Source: Oscillospiraceae bacterium
GTDB lineage: Bacteria; Bacillota; Clostridia; Oscillospirales; Oscillospiraceae
DNA length: 64,000 nucleotides
Direction of reading: 5' to 3'
Assembly (NCBI GenBank): GCA_050253535.1
Contig: JBFWIW010000005.1
Span: 837-64,836 of the forward strand
Shown: piece after piece, positions 27,629 to 36,231 of the stretch
Position numbering within the stretch: the stretch's first letter is position 1
Layout: each line of letters opens with the position of its first letter
Notes under the pieces: model-generated
Databases searched by the model: none
Told to the model about the DNA's origin: nothing
Seen by the model: only the letters and a program-made list of their open reading frames with translations
Made by a program: the position numbers and the translations under genes

Positions 27629-28201
27629 CTAAGCCTCCGCTCCGAAATACTCGGGGCTTTCGGCAAACACAAAGCCACGCAGCGCGCTCACGGGAAAAAC
27701 GGCCAGAACGCCGGTCTCGTATTCGGCGACCCTGGCGTTATACAGGCTTTTTTCAATGGCGCCCTGTGCACCCGAGAGGTTGGAGATATAGGTCGCCGCG
27801 TTGTCGGCATCGGTATCGGACAGGTCCTGTGCCTCGAGACCCGCGGCGAGCGCCGTGTAGGCAACCTCTAGCTTCTGGTTCGCCTCGTATTTCTGCGAAA
27901 CGGTCTCCGCGTCGAGCAGCTCGTGGCGCGCCTCCAGCAGGGACTCCGTCTCGGCGGACACGGCTTCGTAGTTTGAAGCTACGGTGAGCAGACCGAGCGA
28001 GGCGCTTATGCGCGCGTCGAGATGCGTCTGGATGCCGGGCTGGGTATATTTATCCTTCTCGATATAGATGCCGTCTGTAAACATGCTGCCGAGCTTTGCC
28101 ACCTGGCGGTTCAGGCTCAGATGCACGCCGAGAAGCGTAAACACGACTATAACCGCGGCGAGAATGGCAAAGGCGTTCTGTCTTTTTTTAATAAATTCCA
28201 T
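27629..28201 (-). CDS. lemA: Divergent LemA-family membrane protein
   Basis: Trimmed to ATG 28201 after AAGGA. N-terminal TM helix, a helical body, and a C-terminal YNARVAEYETGVLAVFPVSALRGFVFAESPEYF matching the LemA YN..V..YN....FP....GF....YF pattern. Confidence 0.6.
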   Translation of the reverse strand: MEFIKKRQNAFAILAAVIVVFTLLGVHLSLNRQVAKLGSMFTDGIYIEKDKYTQPGIQTHLDARISASLGLLTVASNYEAVSAETESLLEARHELLDAETVSQKYEANQKLEVAYTALAAGLEAQDLSDTDADNAATYISNLSGAQGAIEKSLYNARVAEYETGVLAVFPVSALRGFVFAESPEYFGAEA

Positions 28202-28211
28202 GTCCAATCCT

Positions 28212-29366
28212 TTATTTGCGCAGATCGAGCAGCTTCTGTTTAAGCTCACCCTCGATACGGCCGAGTTCGGCCTCGGCTTCTTTTCGCTTCTGGGAACCCT
28301 CAATCTGGATGTTTCTGACCTCTTCAAGTGTCTCGATGAGGCTAAGGTTCGTCTGCTTCAAGGTTTCAATATCAACGATGCCGCGCTCGGACTCCTTGGC
28401 GATATCGATGGAGCCCATTTTGAGCTTTTCAGCGTTCTTGCGCAAAAGCTCGTTTGTGACTTCGGTTACCTCCCTCTGGGCTTGCATGGCCTGTTGAGAG
28501 TGGTGAAGGCCGAGAGCCAGTACCATCTGGCTTTTCCAGAGCGGGATGGTGTTCACGATTGAAGTCTGTATTTTCTCGACCATCAGGGTGTCGTTGTTTT
28601 GAATGAGGCGTACCTGCGGTGCCATTTGGATGGATATTATACGCGTAAGCTCAAGGTCGTAGAGCTTCTTCTCAAAGCGGTTCACCATATTGGCAAAGTC
28701 GTTTGCCGACTGCGCATCTTCAGGAAGGCCCGTCTCCTTAGCCTTTTTCTGCAGTTCCGGGAGGGTTACTGTCTGACACTCCTCCAGCTTTTTCTTGCCG
28801 GCGAGGATGTACATCGTGAGCTCCTTGAAGTAGTTCTGGTTCATTTCGTACATCTTGTCAAGCATTGCTACGTCCTTTAAAAGGATGACCTGATGGTTCT
28901 GGAGGGCGTCCGTTATTTTGTCAACGTTGACCTCAGCCTTTGCATACTGTGCCTTTACGTTAGCTATCTGATTTGCGACCTTTTTTCTTAGTCCGAAAAA
29001 GCCCTTCTTCTCATCCTCGCTGTAATTGAGGCCCTTGAGCTGGACGACGAGGTCAGAGAGCATGTCGCCGACTTCGCCGAGGTCCTTGGTGCGAACGTTA
29101 TTCAGCGTAGTTGTGGAAAAATCGGAGATATGCTTCTGCGAAGCTGCGCCGTACTGCAAAACGGCGTTCGTATCGGTTATATCAATTTTCTTGGAGAAGT
29201 CCAGAACAGCCTTCTGCTCCGTTTCGGAGAGTTGAGACATGTCGAGCTTGACCGCTTTTGTGTCATGGGCTTTCTCGGCCTCGGCAGAGGCGGCAGTCTG
29301 CGCCGCGCCACTGCCTGATGGATCAAGAGTCAGGGCAGGGACGGCTTCCATATTTATATTGTCCAT
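28212..29366 (-). CDS. telA: TelA/YaaN-family toxic-anion-resistance protein
   Basis: 384-aa all-helical ORF resembling TelA/YaaN. Adjacent to an XpaC-like gene, as in Bacillus yaaN-xpaC. Confidence 0.75.
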   Translation of the reverse strand: MDNINMEAVPALTLDPSGSGAAQTAASAEAEKAHDTKAVKLDMSQLSETEQKAVLDFSKKIDITDTNAVLQYGAASQKHISDFSTTTLNNVRTKDLGEVGDMLSDLVVQLKGLNYSEDEKKGFFGLRKKVANQIANVKAQYAKAEVNVDKITDALQNHQVILLKDVAMLDKMYEMNQNYFKELTMYILAGKKKLEECQTVTLPELQKKAKETGLPEDAQSANDFANMVNRFEKKLYDLELTRIISIQMAPQVRLIQNNDTLMVEKIQTSIVNTIPLWKSQMVLALGLHHSQQAMQAQREVTEVTNELLRKNAEKLKMGSIDIAKESERGIVDIETLKQTNLSLIETLEEVRNIQIEGSQKRKEAEAELGRIEGELKQKLLDLRK

Positions 29367-29393
29367 TTCTTCTTCCTTTCGTGTGTTTGCGTA

Positions 29394-30032
29394 CTAAAAA
29401 TCTTTACCAGAGAGGCCCTCGCGCTTCAGCATGGATTCGAGTACCGTTATATCTGTTTCAATGTCCAGTGCCTGATTTGCAAACAGGGAGTCGAGTTGTT
29501 TTTTATAGGCCAGGATGGTCGTGTCAAGGATATCTTCTATGCGGCCCATGGTGCCTGATATGTTCTCGCCCTCGATTCCCTGGTTGTACATTCTGTCGTA
29601 TGCGTTTAAAAGCTTGATTGTGGTAGGGAGAAAATAACTCGAAAAGCGCCTCACTTGAGGGAGATCGGCGGGATCATCAATGACGTCCTTGAATATACGC
29701 TCAGTTAATTCGGTGAGTTCGTCCACCTTTTTTGCGACTGCAGGCGATTTTATCGAGGACCGCAGGTGGCGCATCTCGTTGGCAGCGCGCTCGCCATCCC
29801 GAAGGAGCGCGTCTATCTCGGGATTACCAGTCGTAACAGGCTCCGGCGGTATCTCAACCTTCTCGACCGTACCCGGAAAAATCATGGAGAGAATAATGAA
29901 CGAGACGGCGGATAAAGCAATGAGGATGAGGAAGTGCAGCGGCCTGTAAAGCGGAAAAAAAAGGGTATAGAGCGCCCACACAGTGGCAGTGCCGTAAACT
30001 GGTATGACCGATGGTTTTTTTATTTCGCGCAT
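29394..30032 (-). CDS. xpaC: XpaC-family (5-bromo-4-chloroindolyl phosphate hydrolysis) membrane protein
   Basis: Trimmed to ATG 30032 after GAGGGG. Two N-terminal TM helices then a helical domain. Family call by resemblance and TelA adjacency. Confidence 0.6.
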   Translation of the reverse strand: MREIKKPSVIPVYGTATVWALYTLFFPLYRPLHFLILIALSAVSFIILSMIFPGTVEKVEIPPEPVTTGNPEIDALLRDGERAANEMRHLRSSIKSPAVAKKVDELTELTERIFKDVIDDPADLPQVRRFSSYFLPTTIKLLNAYDRMYNQGIEGENISGTMGRIEDILDTTILAYKKQLDSLFANQALDIETDITVLESMLKREGLSGKDF

Positions 30033-30119
30033 ATGGCGGCACCCCTCGCTTTTTTTACAGTAAACTAAAGAAAGAATTTTTTGCTTTGAATGACAAATCA
30101 TGGCGCTGCGGCTTATATT

Positions 30120-30129
30120 ATTATAGTAC
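30120..30129 (-). promoter_or_regulatory. Candidate -10 element of the xpaC-telA operon
   Basis: Minus strand reads GTACTATAATAA, the same 12-mer as the plus-strand rpe promoter. No convincing -35. Confidence 0.4.
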
Positions 30130-30238
30130 CCGTCAGTCTTGGGGCAGATACATGTATTGTTAAATCGGCAGCGCATGATATTTCCCTTTTAAACCATACT
30201 TATTTTATTATCACACTGGTGTAATGTCAAGTTTATAC

Positions 30239-30267
30239 TTGTAACGGGGAAAAGCCTGTACTATAAT
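30239..30267 (+). promoter_or_regulatory. Candidate promoter upstream of the rpe leader
   Basis: TTGTAA, 17-nt spacer, TATAAT, which would give an approximately 205-nt leader. Confidence 0.5.
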
Positions 30268-30478
30268 AACAGGGAAAAAAGGCCCGTGACGCCGCAATGG
30301 GGCTGCCGGAGCAAAACAGTCTCCGACAGCCCCTATATAAAAGCGAGCGGCGCGCCAGCCGCTAATTAATCTTATGCCGCTCCTGCACTGCGGGTGCTCA
30401 CGTCTTTGCGTGTGTATTTAATGGTTCTTCTTGCAGGAGCGAAACAATATAAAAAAACTAATGCTGGAGACTATAGAA

Positions 30479-31123
30479 ATGATTAGAATTGCCCCTTCGA
30501 TTCTTTCTGCTGATTTTACCATGTTGGGTAAGGATATAAGAGACGTTTGTTCCGCCGACTACCTGCACTTTGACGTTATGGATGGCGTTTTCGTGCCGAA
30601 CATCTCTGTGGGACTGCCGGTTTTGGAATCAGTCCGCAAAATGACGGATATGGTGCTGGACGTCCACCTGATGATAACGAAGCCCCATAAATATGTTAAG
30701 CGCTTTGCAGAAGCCGGTGCGGACATCATTGTGTTTCATCTTGAGGCGGACGAGCCGCAGGATATTCTGATGGCTATTTCGGATATCAAGGCCTCCGGGA
30801 AAAAGGCGGGCCTTTCGATAAAGCCGCGTACGCCGGCAGAGGCGCTTATTCCGTATCTCCCAATGCTGGACATGGTGCTCGTTATGACGGTCGAGCCGGG
30901 CTTCGGCGGGCAGAGCTTTATGCAGGATCAGATGCCGAAAGTAAAGAAGGTCCGTGAGATGATAACCGTAGGCGGTTACGACTGTGACGTGGAGGTAGAT
31001 GGCGGTATTAACCCGGAGACTGCAAAGATTTGCGTGGGCGCCGGGGCGAACGTACTTGTCGCGGGGAGCGACATATTCAAGGCAACTGACAGAACAGCGA
31101 GAATAAAAGAGCTCAGAGGCTAG
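30479..31123 (+). CDS. rpe: Ribulose-phosphate 3-epimerase
   Basis: Trimmed to ATG 30479 (MIRIAPSILSADF...). Motifs HFDVMDG and VMTVEPGFGGQ. Confidence 0.92.
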   Translation: MIRIAPSILSADFTMLGKDIRDVCSADYLHFDVMDGVFVPNISVGLPVLESVRKMTDMVLDVHLMITKPHKYVKRFAEAGADIIVFHLEADEPQDILMAISDIKASGKKAGLSIKPRTPAEALIPYLPMLDMVLVMTVEPGFGGQSFMQDQMPKVKKVREMITVGGYDCDVEVDGGINPETAKICVGAGANVLVAGSDIFKATDRTARIKELRG

Positions 31124-31414
31124 TGCTGTCGAAAAACCCTTTGCTATTCTTCGGCAAAGAGTTTGCATATCTGCTCAGCCTCAGCCGTTATGAGAGGTGT
31201 TAATACCCCACGGGGGTACCCCGTTTAATTTGACATCCTCGGGCGAAATGAATTCGCCCTTCGGCAAGGTCCGCTTCGCAAGTGCCATCTGGCGGCGTCC
31301 CGATTTTCGGCGGGTCCCTTGGCGCATGTTGCCGGATTTGACGGTTTTATTTAATTTTTGATGGCGATAACTCTGTGGGGCTGTTATTGCAATTTGTTCA
31401 TGAGAGGTTAATAT

Positions 31415-32014
31415 ATGAGCCTTTTTCCGGCAACATTGGAAAATCTGATCGAAAAGTTTGCATCGCTTCCGGGCATCGGATATAAGTCTGCCCAGAGGTT
31501 GGCTTTTTATGTTCTGTCTTTGCCGAATGAGGAGGCAAACGCCTTTGCGGAAGCGATTTCCGACGCAAAGCGCTGTGTGCACTACTGCAGTATCTGCCAG
31601 AATCTAACAGATACAGATGTGTGCCGCATATGTGCCTCGCGAGAGCGCGACGGGAGCGTTATATGCGTTGTGTCCGATCCAAAGGATGTCGTCGCACTCG
31701 AACGTACGCGCGAATTTAACGGGCACTATCATGTGCTGCACGGGGTCATATCGCCGATGAATCACATCGGCCCAGATGATTTGAGAATTAAAGAGCTTGT
31801 TGCCCGCGTTACAGATGGCAATGTCATTGAAATTATAATGGCCACGAATCCCGATACCGAAGGGGAGACGACTGCAAAATACATCTCGCGCCTTATAAGG
31901 CCGTTCGGTGTTAAGGTCACGCGCCTTGCCTATGGCATACCTGTCGGCAGTAATCTCGAATTTACTGATGATCTGACTCTCATGCGCGCACTTGAGGGGC
32001 GGCAGGAAATTTGA
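31415..32014 (+). CDS. recR: Recombination protein RecR
   Basis: 199-aa ORF with HhH LPGIGYKSAQRLAFY, a C4 zinc finger CSICQNLTDTDVCRIC and a Toprim region. Confidence 0.93.
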   Translation: MSLFPATLENLIEKFASLPGIGYKSAQRLAFYVLSLPNEEANAFAEAISDAKRCVHYCSICQNLTDTDVCRICASRERDGSVICVVSDPKDVVALERTREFNGHYHVLHGVISPMNHIGPDDLRIKELVARVTDGNVIEIIMATNPDTEGETTAKYISRLIRPFGVKVTRLAYGIPVGSNLEFTDDLTLMRALEGRQEI

Positions 32015-32040
32015 CAAATCGTATATATTTGTGATAAAAT
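32011..32040 (+). promoter_or_regulatory. Candidate promoter of the RNase J gene
   Basis: TTGACA (overlapping the recR stop), 18-nt spacer, TAAAAT. Implies an approximately 240-nt 5' UTR. Confidence 0.5.
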
Positions 32041-32284
32041 AAAATCCATTGGTTATACTCTATATGTGATCACTTATTATGTGTGGCCGCATATCGCTTT
32101 GGCATTATGTACATGGGTACTTTATATATTTAAACTGCTTTCAAGTTCAAATGCGTAAGAGATCAGAGGCATTTCGGAATTATCTGGACGAAACAGGGTC
32201 AAGATAACCGGAGCTTGTGGTCAATACTTTATTGCGTCTGAAACAGTTACATAAGGCAAAATATTGAAAATTAAGGAGAATTAC

Positions 32285-33943
32285 ATGGCAGAAAAATTAA
32301 AAATAATCTCACTTGGAGGGCTTAACGAGATCGGCAAGAACATGACGGTCTATGAGTTTGGTGAGGATATCATCGTGGTCGACTGCGGACTTGGCTTTCC
32401 GGATTATGATATGTACGGCATAGACATCATCATACCGGATATCACCTATCTGATGAAAAACCGAGACAGAGTGAAAGCAATCATAGTGACGCACGGCCAT
32501 GAGGACCACATCGGCGCTATACCTTATGTCGTCGGTGAGATACCCGCTCCGGTCTATTCGACACGCCTTACGACGGGGCTCATGAAGATTAAACTGGCAG
32601 AGCGCGGACTGGAGGAGACGACGGACCTCCGCACGATCGAGGCGGGTGAGACCATTAAGGCAGGCTGTTTTAAGGTCGAGTTCATCCATGTGAATCACAG
32701 TATACCGGACGCGGTAGCTCTCGCGATAAAGACACCCGTGGGCACCATAATTCACACCGGCGACTACAAGATCGACACAACGCCTATACAGGGTGGTATG
32801 ATTGATCTCGCGAGGTTGGGCGAACTGGGTAAAAAGGGCGTTTTGGCCCTCATGGGTGATTCTACAAATGTAGAAAAACCGGGCTTCTCGGTGTCTGAGC
32901 GTAAGGTGGGGGACAGCCTTGACAGTTTTATCAAAGACTGCAACCAGAGAATAATAGTGACGACCTTTGCCTCAAACGTACACCGGATACAGCAGGTTTT
33001 AAACTGTGCTGCGCGCTATGGCCGAAAAGTCGGCGTCACAGGACGCAGCATGGAAAATATTTTGAAAGTATCTACTGAGCTTGGCTACATGCAGATCCCG
33101 CCGAACACGCTCGTGGAGATGCAGCAGCTCAAGGGTCTTCCGCGCGAGAAGGTCGTCATCATAACGACAGGCAGTCAGGGAGAGGCTATGAGCGCCCTAT
33201 ATCGCATGGCGTTTTCTGGACACAGGCAGGTGGAGATAACCGCCGGGGACAGGGTCATTATATCTGCTTCCGCCATACCGGGAAATGAAAAGACCGTAGG
33301 CCGCGTTATTAACGAGCTCTTTGCCCGCGGCGCAGAGGTAATATATGACAAATCCTCCGACCTGCATGTCTCAGGACACGCATATCAGGAGGAGCTCAAG
33401 CTGATGCTTGCACTGACAAACCCGAAATTTTTTGTCCCGCTGCACGGCGAGCAGAGGCATCTCAGAAAACATGCGAAGCTCGCGGAGCAGTTAGGCATCG
33501 AGCCGCGCAACATCATTGTGAGCGACATCGGAAAGGTCATTGAAATGACATCCCGAAGCGTTAGGCTTAATGGAGCCGTTCCGTCGGGCAAAGTATTTGT
33601 CGACGGAACAGGTGTAGGCGACGTGGGCGCCGTCGTCCTCCGCGACAGGAAGCACCTGGCGCAGGACGGAATGCTTGTAATCATTGTGAATCTGTCGAGC
33701 GAAGACGGGAGCCTGGTCTCCGGCCCCGATATCATAACGAGAGGCTTCGTCTACGTCAAAGAGGCGGAGGAACTCATTAACGAACTCAAAGCAATCGTTT
33801 TGGAGACGCTCGATGACTGCGCCGTCCGACATGTGAGTGACTGGGCGACGCTTAAGGGTACGATAAAATCGCGGCTTTCAGATCATCTTTATAAAAAAAC
33901 AAAGCGCAACCCGATGATCCTGCCTGTCATTATGGAGACATGA
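32285..33943 (+). CDS. rnj: Ribonuclease J
   Basis: Trimmed to ATG 32285 after AAGGAG. Beta-lactamase motif THGHEDHIGA, beta-CASP body and a C-terminal domain. Confidence 0.92.
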   Translation: MAEKLKIISLGGLNEIGKNMTVYEFGEDIIVVDCGLGFPDYDMYGIDIIIPDITYLMKNRDRVKAIIVTHGHEDHIGAIPYVVGEIPAPVYSTRLTTGLMKIKLAERGLEETTDLRTIEAGETIKAGCFKVEFIHVNHSIPDAVALAIKTPVGTIIHTGDYKIDTTPIQGGMIDLARLGELGKKGVLALMGDSTNVEKPGFSVSERKVGDSLDSFIKDCNQRIIVTTFASNVHRIQQVLNCAARYGRKVGVTGRSMENILKVSTELGYMQIPPNTLVEMQQLKGLPREKVVIITTGSQGEAMSALYRMAFSGHRQVEITAGDRVIISASAIPGNEKTVGRVINELFARGAEVIYDKSSDLHVSGHAYQEELKLMLALTNPKFFVPLHGEQRHLRKHAKLAEQLGIEPRNIIVSDIGKVIEMTSRSVRLNGAVPSGKVFVDGTGVGDVGAVVLRDRKHLAQDGMLVIIVNLSSEDGSLVSGPDIITRGFVYVKEAEELINELKAIVLETLDDCAVRHVSDWATLKGTIKSRLSDHLYKKTKRNPMILPVIMET

Positions 33944-34272
33944 ACGTACAGATATTTGGAAGATCCAAGTGTTTCGACACAAAAAAGGCGCAGCGGTACT
34001 TCAAAGAGCGCCGTATAAAGTTTCAGGACATCGATATTGGCAAGTTTGGTATGAGCCGTGGGGAGTTTACCTCCGTCCTGCGCGCGGTGGGGCTGGAGAA
34101 CATGATTGACCCGAAAGCGAAGGATGCGGAGATACTCCGCTATCTGGCGTACGACGAAGACAGGATCGAGAAGCTCCTTGAGGAGCAGCAGATGATCCAA
34201 ACCCCGATAGTAAGAAATGGAAAGTTTGCGACGGTTGGCTATTGCCCGGAAGTGTGGAATAAATGGGAATAG
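33940..34272 (+). CDS. ArsC/Spx/YffB-family thioredoxin-fold protein
   Basis: 110-aa ORF MNVQIFGRSKCFDTKKAQRYFKERRIKFQDIDI. The ATG overlaps the rnj stop. Confidence 0.7.
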   Translation: MNVQIFGRSKCFDTKKAQRYFKERRIKFQDIDIGKFGMSRGEFTSVLRAVGLENMIDPKAKDAEILRYLAYDEDRIEKLLEEQQMIQTPIVRNGKFATVGYCPEVWNKWE

Positions 34273-34304
34273 TAGCTTTAAAATAAGGCGCCCCTGAAAA
34301 ATAT

Positions 34305-34337
34305 TACAAAAAATAAGGCAGCCACAGTCGGCTGCCT
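34305..34337. terminator. Bidirectional intrinsic terminator
   Basis: TAAGGCAGCC-acagtc-GGCTGCCTTA, flanked by an A-run upstream and T7 downstream. Confidence 0.85.
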
Positions 34338-34447
34338 TATTTTTTTGCTGCGTTCAGCAGCTGTAATTTCCCCGGTTTTTGATGCCCTCAATATATACCG
34401 GGAAAGTCTTGGAACATCTGCGGAGAGAGCAAAAGTGCGCTAGCATA

Positions 34448-36040
34448 TCAGCCATGACTTTTATGGTGTCTGTAGTTTGTTTGAAGCGTTGGTATTTTTT
34501 TTCTCTGCTCTTTGACGCCTGCTCTGCTCTTTAGCACGATGTGCGCTTTCTTGTAGAGATACCTGAGTTTGGCGAGGCGCAGGGCAAGGAAATAACAGCG
34601 GTCAATCTGTTTTTCGTATTTTAAAATATCTCTCTCAAAATGCTCCGCGAGCCTTATTAGCACGGAAAACTGCAGACAGTATATAAGCCGATACAGCGAG
34701 CGGCTCTCGGAGCTGCCCTCGCGCTGCCAGTATGCGTTAAACTGTTCTCCCATCGGCGCGTACATGATATCATCCATCTCAGCGGACGAAAAAAGTCCCT
34801 CATCAAGAGCCAATTGCACGATGTCTGTCCCGGGCAGGAAATTCAGTCCGTGGAGCTGCAGTTCAAAGGGCGCACGGAGCTTCTTTACAAGTTTATATGT
34901 CTCCATCAGATCGTCGAAAGTCTCGAACGGGTGTCTGACCATAAAGTCATAGCTTGCCCAAAAGACGCCGGAGCGCTTTATAATATCTGTTGCCTTTATT
35001 ATTTCATCCTGGGTCTCATAGCGGTGGAAAACGTCACGCCGTATCCTCTCTGACCCGGACTGTATTCCCATAATAACCTCGTCGAGACCAGCGGAGACAA
35101 GTTTTTTAAGGACGGTTTCATCAACCATTTTGGGGTGCGACCATATCGTAAAGGGCAGGCCTATACGCTTTTTGTATTCTTTTACAAATTCGTCCACCCA
35201 GCCCGGGAGATTGGGGAATATCTCATCATAAAAATGTATGAATATCAGGTTCTTGCACTCGCTTTTGGCTACGACGAGCTCATCTATAACGCTCTTCACT
35301 GAACGTGTGCGCACATATTTCACACCTTCGGGAAAAAGTCGCCTCAAATTTATAGAGCAGCAATAAGAACATGTGAAAGGGCATCCGCGTGAGGCGATGA
35401 CCTCATAGCTGAGCGTTTTAAGCTGTGGGTCTCCGCTTGTAATTGTGTCATTTTCGATAAATACGGCTCGCTGACTGTTCACCGTGGGAATGCCGTATAC
35501 GTCTATATCCTCGCAGATGTCTCCTATGCCGTTTATTACGTTGTTTCCGCCTGAGCGATAGCAGAGAGAGGGAATATCTTCATAGCCTGTCCCGCTGCAT
35601 ATGGCGTCCGCGAGTCTGCAGACGGCGCGCTCTCCGTCACCTCGGACGACAAAGTCTGAACCGCGCTCCAGAAAATGTTCGGGAAACATCATCGCATAGG
35701 CCCCGCCACAGACGATGGGAATATCAAAAGCCTCTGTGACGGCGTGCATCACACGGTGTACAGTGTCGAGGTACATGGAACTCATAACGGAGAGGCCTAT
35801 CAAAACGGGTTTCACCTCCCTTATCTGCGTGAGCAGAAGAGAGAGCTCGGCGTCAGTGGTTTCGCGCGGGGACATACTGTTGTAATCCTTATAAAAAACC
35901 AGCACGACTTCATAACCGGCCCTATTCAGCGCGGTTTGGAGATAACGCACGCCCAGTGCTTTTTTGTTATAGAAGGCTATCAGCAGAGCAGTTCCGCGCG
36001 TTCTCTCCGTTGATTCACCGCTTTTTTGTTCACTGTCCAT
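34448..36040 (-). CDS. B12-binding-domain radical SAM protein, function unknown
   Basis: Trimmed to ATG 36040 after GGAG. N-terminal Rossmann-like B12-binding region, CxxxCxxC as SRGCPFTCSYCC, and a long helical C-terminal domain. Confidence 0.8.
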   Translation of the reverse strand: MDSEQKSGESTERTRGTALLIAFYNKKALGVRYLQTALNRAGYEVVLVFYKDYNSMSPRETTDAELSLLLTQIREVKPVLIGLSVMSSMYLDTVHRVMHAVTEAFDIPIVCGGAYAMMFPEHFLERGSDFVVRGDGERAVCRLADAICSGTGYEDIPSLCYRSGGNNVINGIGDICEDIDVYGIPTVNSQRAVFIENDTITSGDPQLKTLSYEVIASRGCPFTCSYCCSINLRRLFPEGVKYVRTRSVKSVIDELVVAKSECKNLIFIHFYDEIFPNLPGWVDEFVKEYKKRIGLPFTIWSHPKMVDETVLKKLVSAGLDEVIMGIQSGSERIRRDVFHRYETQDEIIKATDIIKRSGVFWASYDFMVRHPFETFDDLMETYKLVKKLRAPFELQLHGLNFLPGTDIVQLALDEGLFSSAEMDDIMYAPMGEQFNAYWQREGSSESRSLYRLIYCLQFSVLIRLAEHFERDILKYEKQIDRCYFLALRLAKLRYLYKKAHIVLKSRAGVKEQRKKIPTLQTNYRHHKSHG

Positions 36041-36190
36041 TAAACGCTCCAATATATACTTAATTATCTGCGGAAATTCCGTCAATAATAAAAGTATTGT
36101 CAAAGCGTCCGTGATTTATGCCAGGGGGCTAAAAACGTCGGCCAGTACTGCTGGAACAAATTTGATATGGAGATAATTAACGGGGTATAT

Positions 36191-36221
36191 GAAAAAAGCC
36201 AGACGCATCAAGCGTCTGGCT
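36191..36221 (-). terminator. Intrinsic terminator after the small membrane protein gene
   Basis: AGCCAGACGC-atcaa-GCGTCTGGCT, followed by T6 on the minus strand. Confidence 0.8.
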
Positions 36222-36231
36222 TTTGCTGCTT

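Noticed and set aside
30431-30478. TTG-initiated N-terminal extension of rpe, and similar track extensions at 3963-4010, 12067-12111, 20225-20284, 28202-28327, 30033-30176, 38568-38696, 39760-39810, 43744-43860, 47271-47339, 55642-55680, 60734-60820 and 62584-62631
   Set aside because: In each case an internal ATG or GTG with a well-spaced AGGAGG-type SD gives an N-terminus matching the family. The extension would overlap a neighbouring gene, terminator or promoter.
31205-31222. T-box-like sequence CGGGGGTACCCCG
   Set aside because: About 10 of 13 positions resemble the T-box GGGTGGTACCGCG. However, there is no specifier-loop, AG-bay or terminator/antiterminator arrangement, it sits at the 5' rather than 3' end of the spacer, and the downstream gene is recR.
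31124-31414. SRP (4.5S/scRNA) gene expected upstream of recR-type loci
   Set aside because: I could not find the conserved domain IV motif (GGAA tetraloop flanked by AGCAGCC/CAGG-type strands) on either strand.
31181-31582. 133-aa minus-strand ORF across the rpe-recR spacer
   Set aside because: Overlaps the recR start, has no SD and a basic low-complexity translation. The region is better described as non-coding structured sequence.
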